The position numbers and the translations under genes are program-made. Below, one piece after another: positions 1 to 11,159 of a stretch of 64,000 nt of DNA. The DNA is taken from assembly GCF_003991155.1 (NCBI RefSeq), contig NZ_CP031293.1; one strand, 5' to 3'. The notes under the pieces are model-generated. The model saw nothing but the letters and a program-made list of their open reading frames with translations, ran no database searches and was not told the origin of the DNA. This DNA comes from Escherichia coli. Its GTDB lineage: Bacteria; Pseudomonadota; Gammaproteobacteria; Enterobacterales; Enterobacteriaceae. Each line of letters starts with the position of its first letter. The stretch's first letter is position 1.

Positions 1-1
1 G

Positions 2-1111
2 CTCGGCTATTTCACATACTTTTTTAGTTACGGCATTTTTCTACCTTTCTGGAGCGTCTGGCTTAAAGGGATTGGTTTAACGCCAGAAACCATCGGCCTG
101 TTATTGGGGGCGGGTCTGGTTGCCCGTTTCCTCGGGAGTTTGCTCATCGCGCCCCGCGTCAGCGATCCTTCCCGCCTGATTTCCGCCTTGCGCGTGCTGG
201 CACTGCTGACACTTCTCTTTGCTGTCGCCTTCTGGGCGGGGGCGCACGTAGCGTGGCTGATGCTGGTGATGATTGGCTTTAACCTCTTTTTCTCACCGCT
301 GGTACCGTTGACCGATGCACTGGCGAATACGTGGCAAAAGCAGTTCCCGCTTGATTACGGCAAAGTGAGACTGTGGGGCTCGGTGGCGTTTGTCATTGGC
401 TCGGCGCTGACGGGCAAACTGGTCAGTATGTTTGATTATCGGGTGATCCTCGCGCTGTTAACGTTGGGCGTGGCATCCATGCTGCTCGGCTTTCTCATCC
501 GTCCGACGATTCAGCCACAAGGGGCAAGCCGCCAGCAGGAGAGCACCGGTTGGTCTGCGTGGTTGGCGCTGGTTCGCCAGAACTGGCGCTTTCTGGCCTG
601 CGTTTGTTTATTGCAGGGGGCGCATGCGGCCTATTACGGTTTTAGCGCCATTTACTGGCAGGCTGCTGGCTACTCGGCCTCGGCGGTGGGCTATTTGTGG
701 TCGCTGGGCGTGGTGGCGGAAGTCATTATCTTTGCGCTGAGTAATAAACTTTTCCGCCGTTGTAGTGCACGCGATATGCTGTTGATCTCGGCGATTTGCG
801 GCGTAGTGCGCTGGGGCATTATGGGAGCAACTACGGCGTTGCCGTGGTTGATAGTGGTGCAAATTCTGCATTGCGGCACCTTCACGGTCTGCCACCTGGC
901 CGCCATGCGCTATATTGCCGCTCGCCAGGGTAGCGAAGTCATCCGTTTACAGGCGGTTTACTCTGCCGTCGCGATGGGCGGCAGTATTGCGATCATGACC
1001 GTTTTCGCCGGTTTCCTGTATCAATATCTGGGGCACGGCGTGTTCTGGGTGATGGCGCTGGTGGCGTTTCCGGCAATATTTTTGCGCCCGAAAGTTGTTC
1101 CCTCATGCTGA
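2..1111 (+). CDS. hcaT: 3-phenylpropionate MFS transporter HcaT, 5'-truncated at window edge
   Basis: Frame from nt 2 is open to the stop at 1111; translation is a multi-TM MFS protein matching recalled HcaT; conserved position next to csiE. Confidence 0.85.
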   Translation, partial: LGYFTYFFSYGIFLPFWSVWLKGIGLTPETIGLLLGAGLVARFLGSLLIAPRVSDPSRLISALRVLALLTLLFAVAFWAGAHVAWLMLVMIGFNLFFSPLVPLTDALANTWQKQFPLDYGKVRLWGSVAFVIGSALTGKLVSMFDYRVILALLTLGVASMLLGFLIRPTIQPQGASRQQESTGWSAWLALVRQNWRFLACVCLLQGAHAAYYGFSAIYWQAAGYSASAVGYLWSLGVVAEVIIFALSNKLFRRCSARDMLLISAICGVVRWGIMGATTALPWLIVVQILHCGTFTVCHLAAMRYIAARQGSEVIRLQAVYSAVAMGGSIAIMTVFAGFLYQYLGHGVFWVMALVAFPAIFLRPKVVPSC

Positions 1112-2383
1112 TTCGAGCATTTTGCGGATCTGCTCCTGTTGATGTGTTGTCAACGTCAGGTCCGTATAGATCAGCGGTGGTGAAAAGAGCGGTAACGGCA
1201 TGGTATAAGGCGCAATAATCAGTGCCGCACCGCGCGGAGCGCCTGTCTGCAAAAATGCCTTTACCGACATATGTTTAATGTTGAGCGGCAGTAACGTTAG
1301 TTCGCGTAGCTGTTGCTCAATCTGCGCTTCTCGCTCGCTATCATTACCGGTCAGTAGAATAATCTGTTTCTCATGCAGGTCGTTTTCCTGCATTAGCCAG
1401 GCACCGAAAATCACCGCGACCAGACCGCTTTCCTCATCAGAAAGATGGACGCCGTATTCACTTTCAAATCCGACCAGCGCCGCGCGGGTGGTACGCACCA
1501 GGCGTGGATACAGGCGGGCGAACTCTTCCGGCAGGGTGTTATCAATACCGATGGCAAACAAACTGCGATTTAACGCCTGGGCGAGGTGGGTATAAAGCTG
1601 ATCGCATAACCCCTGTTCATCATAAAAACGAACATTTCCCAGCTCACGAAAATGGTTAACCAGACGTTTGATAGACTTACGCAGTTGTCTGTCCCGCTGA
1701 TGCGCATCCCGCAGTGGATCGGGAACCCGCAACATGGAAAAAAGTAATGCCATGAACAGTGGCTCATCAGGCGGTACAGGCTGGAGCGCCCGACGCTGCC
1801 AGTGGCGTCCAATTTCCTGCGCTACCTGAAATTCAAGGCAGGATTCCGCCCAGCGACGTTGGAGCGGATTAAACTGAGGCGTAATTCCAGCGTGGTGTTG
1901 CAGCAAACAATATTGCAGATACAGACACAGGAAATGAATATCGCGCGTTTCAAAGCGTTTTTGCAGCCGTCGGGAGCAGAGATTCACTAACGCTTGTAGA
2001 TTGGTATCGTCGTAAAAGTTACGCGCAATTCCGCGCCGCTTCAGTTCACTCTTCAGGGCGGGGGTGAAATGGCTGGTAATAAATGACGGACACAGACGGA
2101 AACCACGTCGTAGCCAGTGAAATAAACACAAACGTTGGTTAAGCACTGTACCTTCAACCCGGTAGCTACCGTCATAACCAGTAGTCAGTGTGAGTTGATG
2201 ATAGCGCAGGATCTCCCGTCCTGTTTCGCTGATATCAAGACTGGCAATATCATCATCCACACCATTAAGCTCGCTGAAAGTTGCCGTGGTGGCGGTCAAC
2301 CCCGGCTGAAAGAGTGTCAGCAAGATCTGGCAGCGGCGCTGGGGAGCCGAAAGGACAGATGGTGGAGCAAGCGTAGGCATCAT
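1103..2383 (-). CDS. csiE: stationary-phase inducible protein CsiE (PRD-domain protein)
   Basis: ORF-track protein contains MMPTLAPPSVLSAPQRRCQ...; start placed at ATG 2383 for a 426-aa product; 3' end overlaps hcaT by 9 bp (convergent). Confidence 0.9.
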   Translation of the reverse strand: MMPTLAPPSVLSAPQRRCQILLTLFQPGLTATTATFSELNGVDDDIASLDISETGREILRYHQLTLTTGYDGSYRVEGTVLNQRLCLFHWLRRGFRLCPSFITSHFTPALKSELKRRGIARNFYDDTNLQALVNLCSRRLQKRFETRDIHFLCLYLQYCLLQHHAGITPQFNPLQRRWAESCLEFQVAQEIGRHWQRRALQPVPPDEPLFMALLFSMLRVPDPLRDAHQRDRQLRKSIKRLVNHFRELGNVRFYDEQGLCDQLYTHLAQALNRSLFAIGIDNTLPEEFARLYPRLVRTTRAALVGFESEYGVHLSDEESGLVAVIFGAWLMQENDLHEKQIILLTGNDSEREAQIEQQLRELTLLPLNIKHMSVKAFLQTGAPRGAALIIAPYTMPLPLFSPPLIYTDLTLTTHQQEQIRKMLESA

Positions 2384-2573
2384 CTGTAGATCTCCCATAA
2401 GCATAATTGATAAGAATAGCTAAAGTTTGCTCAGGGAAATGGCGAAGGGAATGCTAATCATCAGAAATGTTGGCAAGCGTCACAGAATTTTTCTCATCTT
2501 AAACTGTTCTGACCAGTGGATTAGCATGTCTTAAGGTGGTTTTGTGAATGATTATCGTGCTAGCGATCATGGG

Positions 2574-3428
2574 TTAGTTCTGCGGATTCAACGCGCTAAG
2601 GATAAAATCCACCATCTGTTCGCGATAAACATCGCCGTGACGATCGGAAAAAGCATCAATGTGTTCGCCATCCGGGATTAGGATCAACCGTTTTGGCTCT
2701 TTTGCCAGGCTATACAACTTTTCGCTGTGCTGCCATGGGATAACGTGATCAGCTTTACCGTGAATGAGTAAAAGCGGGATCGGGCTGACGCTGGCGATGT
2801 AATTTTCGCCGCTGTAACTCTCATCAAGTAAGTAGCCACTGCCGGGGATCATCTGGTTGGCGATGGTCGCATAAGAGGCAAATGTGGAGTCGAGGATCAC
2901 CGCACGTATGCCTTCACGATCACCCTGACCAATAACATCAAGAATATTCGCCCCGCCAATACTCTGCCCGAACAGCACCAGCCGTTGTGGGTTTACATCA
3001 CTGCGATGGCGCACCACATTGATGGCACTTTGCGTATCGTCCAGCAATCCGGCCTGGGACGGCGTACCTTTTGATTTACCAAACCCGCGATAATCAAACA
3101 TAAAAACGTTGAAATTACGCTCGGGTAACCAACTGACCAGCGGCCAGTGGGCGGACATATTTCCGGCATTGCCGTGAGCATGAATAATGGTAGCAATGGC
3201 GTTATCAGCAGGGCCCGTCGAAGAAGGGATAAACCAGCCTTGCAGATGAGTACCGTCCTTAGCCGTAAATTCGACGGATTCCGCCGACCAGGGTTCGGGA
3301 CCGTAGATTTTGTCGTCAGGGTAATAGAAAAAATTGATGGCGATGCGCGGTATTAAATAAATGCAGAAGGCAACAACAAAGAGAATAAACAGAATTTTGA
3401 GAACGCGTTTGTTCACTGGCAGCGCCAT
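2574..3428 (-). CDS. yfhR: alpha/beta-hydrolase family putative peptidase YfhR
   Basis: GQSIGG nucleophile elbow (GxSxG) and N-terminal TM segment; start chosen at ATG 3428, which has an AGGAAAGG SD; the in-frame ATG at 3455 lacks an SD. Confidence 0.8.
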   Translation of the reverse strand: MALPVNKRVLKILFILFVVAFCIYLIPRIAINFFYYPDDKIYGPEPWSAESVEFTAKDGTHLQGWFIPSSTGPADNAIATIIHAHGNAGNMSAHWPLVSWLPERNFNVFMFDYRGFGKSKGTPSQAGLLDDTQSAINVVRHRSDVNPQRLVLFGQSIGGANILDVIGQGDREGIRAVILDSTFASYATIANQMIPGSGYLLDESYSGENYIASVSPIPLLLIHGKADHVIPWQHSEKLYSLAKEPKRLILIPDGEHIDAFSDRHGDVYREQMVDFILSALNPQN

Positions 3429-3572
3429 AACCTTTCCTTGCGACTTCTTTATCATCCATTAATCGGGGAAAGATGGTGGGAGAGTGACGAAAGAAAGTAA
3501 AGCGGTGAGGAAGTATTTCGGAATAGCGCCTGAAAGGCGAGGGCGGGTGAGTGACATCACCCGCCTGAGTCA

Positions 3573-4376
3573 TTAACGCTTCAGAGCGTCGCTTAACTCG
3601 TCACGCATGTTCGCCAGCATGGCTTTCACAACGCGCGGGTTACCAGCAACGATGTTACCGGTCAGCATGTAGTTATGACCACCGGTGAAGTCGCTGACGA
3701 TGCCGCCCGCTTCACGAACCAGCAGCTCGCCTGCGGCGAAATCCCACGGACGCAGACCGATTTCAAAGAAACCGTCAACACGACCCGCAGCGACGTAAGC
3801 CAGATCCAGCGCCGCAGAACCGGTACGACGGAAGTCTGCACATTCGTTGAACAGTTTGCCGACGATGTTTATGTAGGTGGTGGCGTACTGTTTTGCTTTG
3901 AACGGGAAGCCGGTCGCCAGAATAGTACCGTCGAGATCGCGAGCGGTGCTGCCGCGCAGACGGTAGCCGTTCAGCTGTGCGCCCTGACCGCGAGTGGCGG
4001 TGAACAGTTCGTTACGCATAGGATCGTATACCACAGCAACTTCGGTGCGGCCTTTGATACGAACGGCGATAGATACCGCGAAGTGCGGCAGACGTTTGAT
4101 AAAGTTGGTAGTGCCATCCAGTGGATCGATAACCCATTGAACATCCTGATCGGTACCTTCAAGTTCACCGCTTTCTTCGGTGATGATGGTGTGCTGTGGG
4201 TAAGATTTACGAATCGTGTCGATAATCACCGCTTCGGCAGCTTTATCTACGTTGGTCACGAAATCGTTACTGCCTTTCTGGCTCGCTTCTACAGCGTCCG
4301 GGGTTTCATAGTTTTTGGCAATTAAATTACCCGCCTTGCGCGCTGCGCGCACGGCGATGTTCAGCATCGGATGCAT
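3573..4376 (-). CDS. suhB: inositol monophosphatase SuhB
   Basis: 267-aa protein MHPMLNIAVRAARKAGNLIAK... with IMPase motifs (DPLDGT, WD.AAG). Confidence 0.95.
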   Translation of the reverse strand: MHPMLNIAVRAARKAGNLIAKNYETPDAVEASQKGSNDFVTNVDKAAEAVIIDTIRKSYPQHTIITEESGELEGTDQDVQWVIDPLDGTTNFIKRLPHFAVSIAVRIKGRTEVAVVYDPMRNELFTATRGQGAQLNGYRLRGSTARDLDGTILATGFPFKAKQYATTYINIVGKLFNECADFRRTGSAALDLAYVAAGRVDGFFEIGLRPWDFAAGELLVREAGGIVSDFTGGHNYMLTGNIVAGNPRVVKAMLANMRDELSDALKR

Positions 4377-4494
4377 CGGTCTCTCTCACTGGATGTTAAA
4401 GAACGGGAAAACGGCGCAGAGTATAGCAGCGAGATCGGCATCTGTCTTCGTTTTATGATAAGATGCGTGAATAATCTTTAGATGAAGAAAGACA

Positions 4495-5235
4495 ATGCTG
4501 CAAAATATTCGAATTGTGCTGGTGGAGACGTCACACACCGGCAATATGGGTTCTGTTGCCCGTGCCATGAAAACAATGGGATTAACCAATCTGTGGCTGG
4601 TTAATCCACTGGTGAAACCCGACTCCCAGGCGATTGCCCTGGCAGCAGGGGCCAGCGATGTGATTGGTAATGCGCACATCGTCGATACGCTCGACGAAGC
4701 GTTGGCTGGTTGTAGCCTGGTGGTGGGCACCAGCGCACGTTCCCGCACGCTGCCGTGGCCGATGCTCGACCCGCGCGAATGCGGTCTGAAAAGCGTCGCT
4801 GAAGCGGCAAATACCCCGGTGGCGCTGGTGTTTGGTCGCGAGCGCGTCGGCTTGACCAATGAAGAGCTGCAGAAATGCCATTATCATGTCGCGATTGCGG
4901 CTAACCCGGAATACAGTTCGCTGAACCTGGCGATGGCGGTTCAGGTTATTGCCTATGAAGTGCGCATGGCCTGGCTGGCAACTCAGGAAAATGGCGAGCA
5001 GGTCGAGCATGAAGAGACGCCGTATCCGCTGGTCGATGATCTGGAGCGTTTTTATGGTCATCTGGAGCAAACGCTGCTGGCAACCGGTTTTATCCGTGAA
5101 AACCATCCGGGGCAGGTGATGAATAAATTGCGCCGTCTGTTTACCCGTGCACGCCCGGAAAGCCAGGAATTGAATATCCTGCGCGGGATTCTGGCTTCTA
5201 TTGAGCAGCAGAATAAAGGTAACAAGGCCGAATAA
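4495..5235 (+). CDS. trmJ: tRNA (cytidine/uridine-2'-O)-methyltransferase TrmJ (SPOUT family)
   Basis: 246-aa protein [30 protein letters not shown]...; conserved position upstream of iscR. Confidence 0.93.
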
Positions 5236-5242
5236 CAGTGGT

Positions 5243-5330
5243 TGCCTGATGCGATGCTTAACGCGTCTTATCAGGCCTGTAAGTGCACGGAATCTCAGGT
5301 TGGATAAGGTGTTCACACCGCATCCGACAA
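5243..5330. repeat. REP/BIME palindromic elements downstream of trmJ
   Basis: GCCTGATGCG...CGTCTTATCAGGCC and GGATAAGGTGTTCACACCGCATCCGACA imperfect palindromes typical of enterobacterial REP units. Confidence 0.6.
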
Positions 5331-5372
5331 CAGGTACAAACGCCACGATAAAAAAATGGCACTGAAGGTTAA

Positions 5373-5422
5373 ATACCCGACTAAATCAGTCAAGTAAATA
5401 GTTGACCAATTTACTCGGGAAT
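5373..5422 (+). promoter_or_regulatory. two adjacent IscR type-1 operator sites in the iscR promoter
   Basis: ATACCCGACTAAATCAGTCAAGTAA (5373-5397) matches the type-1 consensus ATASYYGACTRWWWYAGTCRRSTAT at 24/25; ATAGTTGACCAATTTACTCGGGAAT (5398-5422) matches at 22/25; lies about 85-130 bp upstream of the iscR ATG. Confidence 0.7.
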
Positions 5423-5505
5423 GTCAGACTTGACCCTGCTATGCAATACCCCCACTTTTACAATAAAAAACCCCGGGCAGGGGCGAGTTTGAGGTGAAGT
5501 AAGAC

Positions 5506-5994
5506 ATGAGACTGACATCTAAAGGGCGCTATGCCGTGACCGCAATGCTTGACGTTGCGCTCAACTCTGAAGCGGGCCCGGTACCGTTGGCTGATATTTC
5601 CGAACGTCAGGGAATTTCCCTTTCTTATCTGGAACAACTGTTTTCCCGTCTGCGTAAAAATGGTCTGGTTTCCAGCGTACGTGGACCAGGCGGTGGTTAT
5701 CTGTTAGGCAAAGATGCCAGCAGCATCGCCGTTGGCGAAGTGATTAGCGCCGTTGACGAATCTGTAGATGCCACCCGTTGTCAGGGTAAAGGCGGCTGCC
5801 AGGGCGGCGATAAATGCCTGACCCACGCGCTGTGGCGTGATTTGAGCGACCGTCTTACCGGTTTTCTCAATAACATTACTTTAGGCGAACTGGTTAATAA
5901 CCAGGAAGTGCTGGATGTGTCTGGTCGTCAGCATACTCACGACGCGCCACGCACCCGCACACAAGACGCGATCGACGTTAAGTTACGCGCTTAA
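5506..5994 (+). CDS. iscR: Fe-S cluster regulator IscR (Rrf2 family)
   Basis: 162-aa protein with Rrf2 HTH and the cluster-ligand cysteines ([13 protein letters not shown]). Confidence 0.97.
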
Positions 5995-6105
5995 TAAAAA
6001 GAATTCAGAATCAGGCCGGAGTGCTAAACACTCCGTAAACACGGTCGTACATCCAGCCGGTAGCCTGGTTCCTTGCATTGAGTGATGTACGGAGTTTATA
6101 GAGCA

Positions 6106-7320
6106 ATGAAATTACCGATTTATCTCGACTACTCCGCAACCACGCCGGTGGACCCGCGTGTTGCCGAGAAAATGATGCAGTTTATGACGATGGACGGAAC
6201 CTTTGGTAACCCGGCCTCCCGTTCTCACCGTTTCGGCTGGCAGGCTGAAGAAGCGGTAGATATCGCCCGTAATCAGATTGCCGATCTGGTCGGCGCTGAC
6301 CCGCGTGAAATCGTCTTTACCTCTGGTGCAACCGAATCTGACAACCTGGCGATCAAAGGTGCAGCCAACTTTTATCAGAAAAAAGGCAAGCACATCATCA
6401 CCAGCAAAACCGAACATAAAGCGGTACTGGATACCTGCCGTCAGCTGGAGCGCGAAGGTTTCGAAGTCACCTACCTGGCACCGCAGCGTAACGGCATTAT
6501 CGACCTGAAAGAACTTGAAGCAGCGATGCGTGACGACACCATCCTCGTTTCTATCATGCACGTGAATAACGAAATCGGCGTGGTGCAGGATATCGCGGCT
6601 ATCGGCGAAATGTGCCGTGCTCGCGGCATTATCTATCACGTTGATGCAACCCAGAGCGTGGGCAAACTGCCTATCGATCTGAGCCAGTTGAAAGTTGACC
6701 TGATGTCTTTCTCCGGCCACAAGATTTATGGCCCGAAAGGTATCGGTGCGCTGTATGTGCGTCGTAAACCGCGCGTACGCATCGAAGCGCAAATGCACGG
6801 CGGCGGTCACGAGCGCGGTATGCGTTCCGGCACTCTGCCTGTTCACCAGATCGTCGGTATGGGCGAAGCCTATCGCATCGCAAAAGAAGAGATGGCGACC
6901 GAGATGGAACGTCTGCGCGGCCTGCGTAACCGTCTGTGGAACGGCATCAAAGATATCGAAGAAGTTTACCTGAACGGTGACCTGGAACACGGTGCGCCGA
7001 ACATTCTCAACGTCAGCTTCAACTACGTTGAAGGTGAGTCGCTGATTATGGCGCTGAAAGACCTCGCGGTTTCTTCCGGTTCCGCCTGTACGTCAGCAAG
7101 CCTCGAACCGTCCTACGTGCTGCGCGCGCTGGGGCTGAACGACGAGCTGGCACATAGCTCTATCCGTTTCTCTTTAGGTCGTTTTACTACTGAAGAAGAG
7201 ATCGACTACACCATCGAGTTAGTTCGTAAATCCATCGGTCGTCTGCGTGACCTTTCTCCGCTGTGGGAAATGTACAAGCAGGGCGTGGATCTGAACAGCA
7301 TCGAATGGGCTCATCATTAA
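6106..7320 (+). CDS. iscS: cysteine desulfurase IscS
   Basis: Translation from ATG 6106 ([26 protein letters not shown]...) with PLP-lysine motif [10 protein letters not shown]; the ORF track begins 8 codons upstream. Confidence 0.96.
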
Positions 7321-7347
7321 TCGGTATCGGAATCAGGAGAATTTATA

Positions 7348-7734
7348 ATGGCTTACAGCGAAAAAGTTATCGACCATTACGAGAATCCGCGTAACGTGGG
7401 TTCCTTTGACAACAACGACGAGAACGTCGGCAGCGGCATGGTGGGTGCACCGGCCTGTGGCGACGTGATGAAGTTGCAGATTAAAGTCAACGATGAAGGT
7501 ATCATTGAAGACGCGCGTTTTAAAACTTACGGCTGCGGTTCTGCTATCGCTTCCAGCTCCCTGGTCACCGAATGGGTGAAAGGGAAGTCTCTCGACGAAG
7601 CGCAGGCGATCAAAAACACCGATATTGCTGAAGAACTTGAACTGCCGCCGGTGAAAATTCACTGTTCTATTCTGGCAGAAGACGCGATCAAAGCCGCCAT
7701 TGCGGACTATAAAAGCAAACGTGAAGCAAAATAA
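7348..7734 (+). CDS. iscU: Fe-S cluster scaffold IscU
   Basis: 128 aa; MAYSEKVIDHYENPRNVG...; conserved Cys and LPPVK motif. Confidence 0.97.
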   Translation: MAYSEKVIDHYENPRNVGSFDNNDENVGSGMVGAPACGDVMKLQIKVNDEGIIEDARFKTYGCGSAIASSSLVTEWVKGKSLDEAQAIKNTDIAEELELPPVKIHCSILAEDAIKAAIADYKSKREAK

Positions 7735-7750
7735 GAGTTGAGGTTTGGTT

Positions 7751-8074
7751 ATGTCGATTACACTGAGCGACAGTGCAGCAGCGCGAGTAAATACCTTTCT
7801 GGCTAACCGCGGCAAAGGGTTTGGCCTGCGTCTGGGCGTGAGAACCTCCGGATGTTCAGGTATGGCTTATGTACTGGAATTTGTTGACGAACCGACGCCG
7901 GAAGACATCGTGTTTGAAGACAAAGGCGTGAAAGTCGTGGTCGATGGCAAAAGCCTGCAATTTCTGGACGGTACGCAACTGGATTTCGTAAAAGAAGGCC
8001 TAAACGAAGGGTTTAAATTTACCAACCCGAACGTCAAAGATGAGTGTGGTTGCGGCGAAAGCTTCCACGTTTGA
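7751..8074 (+). CDS. iscA: Fe-S cluster A-type carrier IscA
   Basis: [16 protein letters not shown]... ending [12 protein letters not shown] at 7751 chosen (the track ORF starts at an upstream TTG). Confidence 0.95.
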   Translation: MSITLSDSAAARVNTFLANRGKGFGLRLGVRTSGCSGMAYVLEFVDEPTPEDIVFEDKGVKVVVDGKSLQFLDGTQLDFVKEGLNEGFKFTNPNVKDECGCGESFHV

Positions 8075-8169
8075 TGCGCATACCGATAACCCCACCGTGG
8101 TCGCCTGCGCGTGGGGTTTGTTTTACCTGATTCGCCGTTATCGCGGCGGATCGCAGCCCTGAGAATGTT

Positions 8170-8685
8170 ATGGATTACTTCACCCTCTTTGGCTTGCCTG
8201 CCCGTTATCAACTCGATACCCAGGCACTGAGCCTGCGTTTTCAGGATCTACAACGTCAGTATCATCCTGATAAATTCGCCAGCGGAAGCCAGGCGGAACA
8301 ACTCGCCGCCGTACAGCAATCTGCAACCATTAACCAGGCCTGGCAAACGCTGCGTCATCCGTTAATGCGCGCGGAATATTTGCTTTCTTTGCACGGCTTT
8401 GATCTCGCCAGCGAGCAGCATACTGTGCGCGACACCGCGTTCCTGATGGAACAGCTGGAGCTGCGCGAAGAACTGGACGAGATCGAACAGGCGAAAGATG
8501 AAGCGCGGCTGGAAAGCTTTATCAAACGTGTGAAAAAGATGTTTGATACCCGCCATCAGTTGATGGTTGAACAGTTAGATAACGAGACGTGGGACGCGGC
8601 GGCGGATACCGTGCGTAAGCTGCGTTTTCTCGATAAACTGCGAAGCAGTGCCGAACAACTCGAAGAAAAACTGCTCGATTTTTAA
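8170..8685 (+). CDS. hscB: J-domain co-chaperone HscB
   Basis: 171 aa; [16 protein letters not shown]... with HPD motif (QYHPDKF). Confidence 0.96.
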   Translation: MDYFTLFGLPARYQLDTQALSLRFQDLQRQYHPDKFASGSQAEQLAAVQQSATINQAWQTLRHPLMRAEYLLSLHGFDLASEQHTVRDTAFLMEQLELREELDEIEQAKDEARLESFIKRVKKMFDTRHQLMVEQLDNETWDAAADTVRKLRFLDKLRSSAEQLEEKLLDF

Positions 8686-8701
8686 TTTCTGGAAGCTAAA
8701 C

Positions 8702-10552
8702 ATGGCCTTATTACAAATTAGTGAACCTGGTTTGAGTGCTGCGCCGCATCAGCGTCGTCTGGCGGCCGGTATCGACCTGGGCACAACCAACTCGCTGGTG
8801 GCGACGGTGCGCAGCGGTCAGGCCGAAACGTTAGCCGACCATGAAGGCCGTCACCTGCTGCCATCTGTTGTTCACTATCAACAGCAAGGGCATTCGGTGG
8901 GTTATGACGCGCGTACTAACGCAGCGCTTGACACCGCCAACACCATTAGTTCTGTTAAACGTCTGATGGGGCGCTCGCTGGCTGATATCCAGCAACGCTA
9001 TCCGCATCTGCCTTATCAATTCCAGGCCAGCGAAAATGGCCTGCCGATGATTGAAACGGCGGCGGGGCTGCTGAACCCGGTGCGCGTTTCTGCGGACATC
9101 CTCAAAGCACTGGCGGCGCGGGCAACTGAAGCCCTGGCAGGCGAGCTGGATGGTGTCGTTATCACCGTTCCGGCGTACTTTGACGATGCCCAGCGTCAGG
9201 GCACCAAAGACGCGGCGCGTCTGGCGGGCCTTCACGTCCTGCGCTTACTTAACGAACCGACCGCTGCGGCTATCGCCTACGGGCTGGATTCCGGTCAGGA
9301 AGGCGTGATCGCTGTTTATGACCTCGGCGGCGGGACGTTTGATATTTCCATTCTGCGCTTAAGTCGCGGCGTGTTTGAAGTGCTGGCAACCGGCGGTGAT
9401 TCCGCGCTCGGCGGCGATGATTTCGACCATCTGCTTGCGGATTACATTCGCGAGCAGGCGGGCATTCCTGATCGTAGCGATAACCGCGTTCAGCGTGAAC
9501 TGCTGGATGCTGCCATTGCGGCCAAAATCGCGCTGAGCGATGCGGTCTCCGTGACCGTTAACGTTGCGGGCTGGCAGGGCGAAATCAGCCGTGAACAATT
9601 CAATGAACTGATCGCGCCACTGGTAAAACGAACCTTACTGGCTTGTCGTCGCGCGCTGAAAGATGCGGGCGTAGAAGCTGATGAAGTGCTGGAAGTGGTG
9701 ATGGTGGGCGGTTCTACTCGCGTGCCGCTGGTGCGTGAACGAGTAGGCGAATTTTTCGGTCGTCCACCGCTGACTTCTATCGACCCGGATAAAGTCGTCG
9801 CTATTGGCGCGGCGATTCAGGCGGATATTCTGGTGGGTAACAAGCCAGACAGCGAAATGCTGCTGCTTGATGTGATCCCACTGTCGCTGGGCCTCGAAAC
9901 GATGGGCGGCCTGGTGGAGAAAGTGATTCCGCGTAATACCACGATTCCGGTGGCTCGCGCCCAGGATTTCACCACCTTTAAAGATGGTCAGACGGCGATG
10001 TCTATCCATGTAATGCAGGGTGAGCGTGAACTGGTGCAGGACTGCCGCTCGCTGGCGCGTTTTGCGCTGCGTGGTATCCCGGCGCTACCGGCTGGCGGCG
10101 CGCATATTCGCGTGACGTTCCAGGTCGATGCTGACGGTCTTTTGAGCGTGACGGCGATGGAAAAATCCACCGGCGTTGAGGCGTCTATCCAGGTCAAACC
10201 GTCTTACGGCCTGACCGACAGCGAAATCGCCTCGATGATTAAAGACTCAATGAGCTATGCCGAGCAGGACGTAAAAGCCCGTATGCTGGCAGAACAAAAA
10301 GTAGAAGCGGCGCGTGTGCTGGAAAGTCTGCACGGCGCGCTGGCTGCTGATGCCGCGCTGTTAAGCGCCGCAGAGCGTCAGGTCATTGACAATGCTGCCG
10401 CTCACCTGAGTGAAGTGGCGCAGGGCGATGATGTTGACGCCATCGAACAAGCGATTAAAAACGTAGACAAACAAACCCAGGATTTCGCCGCTCGCCGCAT
10501 GGACCAGTCGGTTCGTCGTGCGCTGAAAGGCCATTCCGTGGACGAGGTTTAA
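8702..10552 (+). CDS. hscA: Hsp70-family chaperone HscA
   Basis: Start at ATG 8702 ([31 protein letters not shown]...) gives 616 aa; Hsp70 ATPase motifs. Confidence 0.96.
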   Translation: MALLQISEPGLSAAPHQRRLAAGIDLGTTNSLVATVRSGQAETLADHEGRHLLPSVVHYQQQGHSVGYDARTNAALDTANTISSVKRLMGRSLADIQQRYPHLPYQFQASENGLPMIETAAGLLNPVRVSADILKALAARATEALAGELDGVVITVPAYFDDAQRQGTKDAARLAGLHVLRLLNEPTAAAIAYGLDSGQEGVIAVYDLGGGTFDISILRLSRGVFEVLATGGDSALGGDDFDHLLADYIREQAGIPDRSDNRVQRELLDAAIAAKIALSDAVSVTVNVAGWQGEISREQFNELIAPLVKRTLLACRRALKDAGVEADEVLEVVMVGGSTRVPLVRERVGEFFGRPPLTSIDPDKVVAIGAAIQADILVGNKPDSEMLLLDVIPLSLGLETMGGLVEKVIPRNTTIPVARAQDFTTFKDGQTAMSIHVMQGERELVQDCRSLARFALRGIPALPAGGAHIRVTFQVDADGLLSVTAMEKSTGVEASIQVKPSYGLTDSEIASMIKDSMSYAEQDVKARMLAEQKVEAARVLESLHGALAADAALLSAAERQVIDNAAAHLSEVAQGDDVDAIEQAIKNVDKQTQDFAARRMDQSVRRALKGHSVDEV

Positions 10553-10553
10553 T

Positions 10554-10889
10554 ATGCCAAAGATTGTTATTTTGCCTCATCAGGATCTCTGTCCTGATGG
10601 CGCTGTTCTGGAAGCTAATAGCGGTGAAACCATTCTCGACGCAGCTCTGCGTAACGGTATCGAGATTGAACACGCCTGTGAAAAATCCTGTGCTTGTACC
10701 ACCTGCCACTGCATCGTTCGTGAAGGTTTTGACTCACTGCCGGAAAGCTCAGAGCAGGAAGACGACATGCTGGACAAAGCCTGGGGACTGGAGCCGGAAA
10801 GCCGTTTAAGCTGCCAGGCGCGCGTCACCGACGAAGATTTAGTGGTCGAAATCCCGCGTTACACTATCAACCATGCGCGTGAGCATTAA
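10554..10889 (+). CDS. fdx: [2Fe-2S] ferredoxin Fdx
   Basis: 111 aa; cysteine ligands in [12 protein letters not shown]; isc operon context. Confidence 0.96.
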
Positions 10890-10900
10890 CAGAGGTTACT

Positions 10901-11101
10901 ATGGGACTTAAGTGGACCGATAGCCGCGAAATTGGCGAAGCACTGTACGATGCGTATCCCGATCTTGATCCGAAAACGGTTCGATTCACCGATATGCATC
11001 AGTGGATTTGCGATCTGGAAGATTTCGACGACGACCCGCAGGCATCCAACGAAAAAATCCTCGAAGCGATTTTGTTGGTCTGGCTGGACGAAGCCGAGTA
11101 A
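10901..11101 (+). CDS. iscX: Fe-S assembly protein IscX (YfhJ)
   Basis: 66-aa acidic protein [24 protein letters not shown]... directly after fdx. Confidence 0.93.
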
Positions 11102-11159
11102 ATGAACGGGCTGCCTGGGGGTAGCCCGTTTTGCTGTTAAACGAATAAGGATAACTAAA

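Noticed and set aside
6112..6990. 292-aa ORF on the minus strand
   Set aside because: Antisense to iscS; typical GC-rich shadow ORF.
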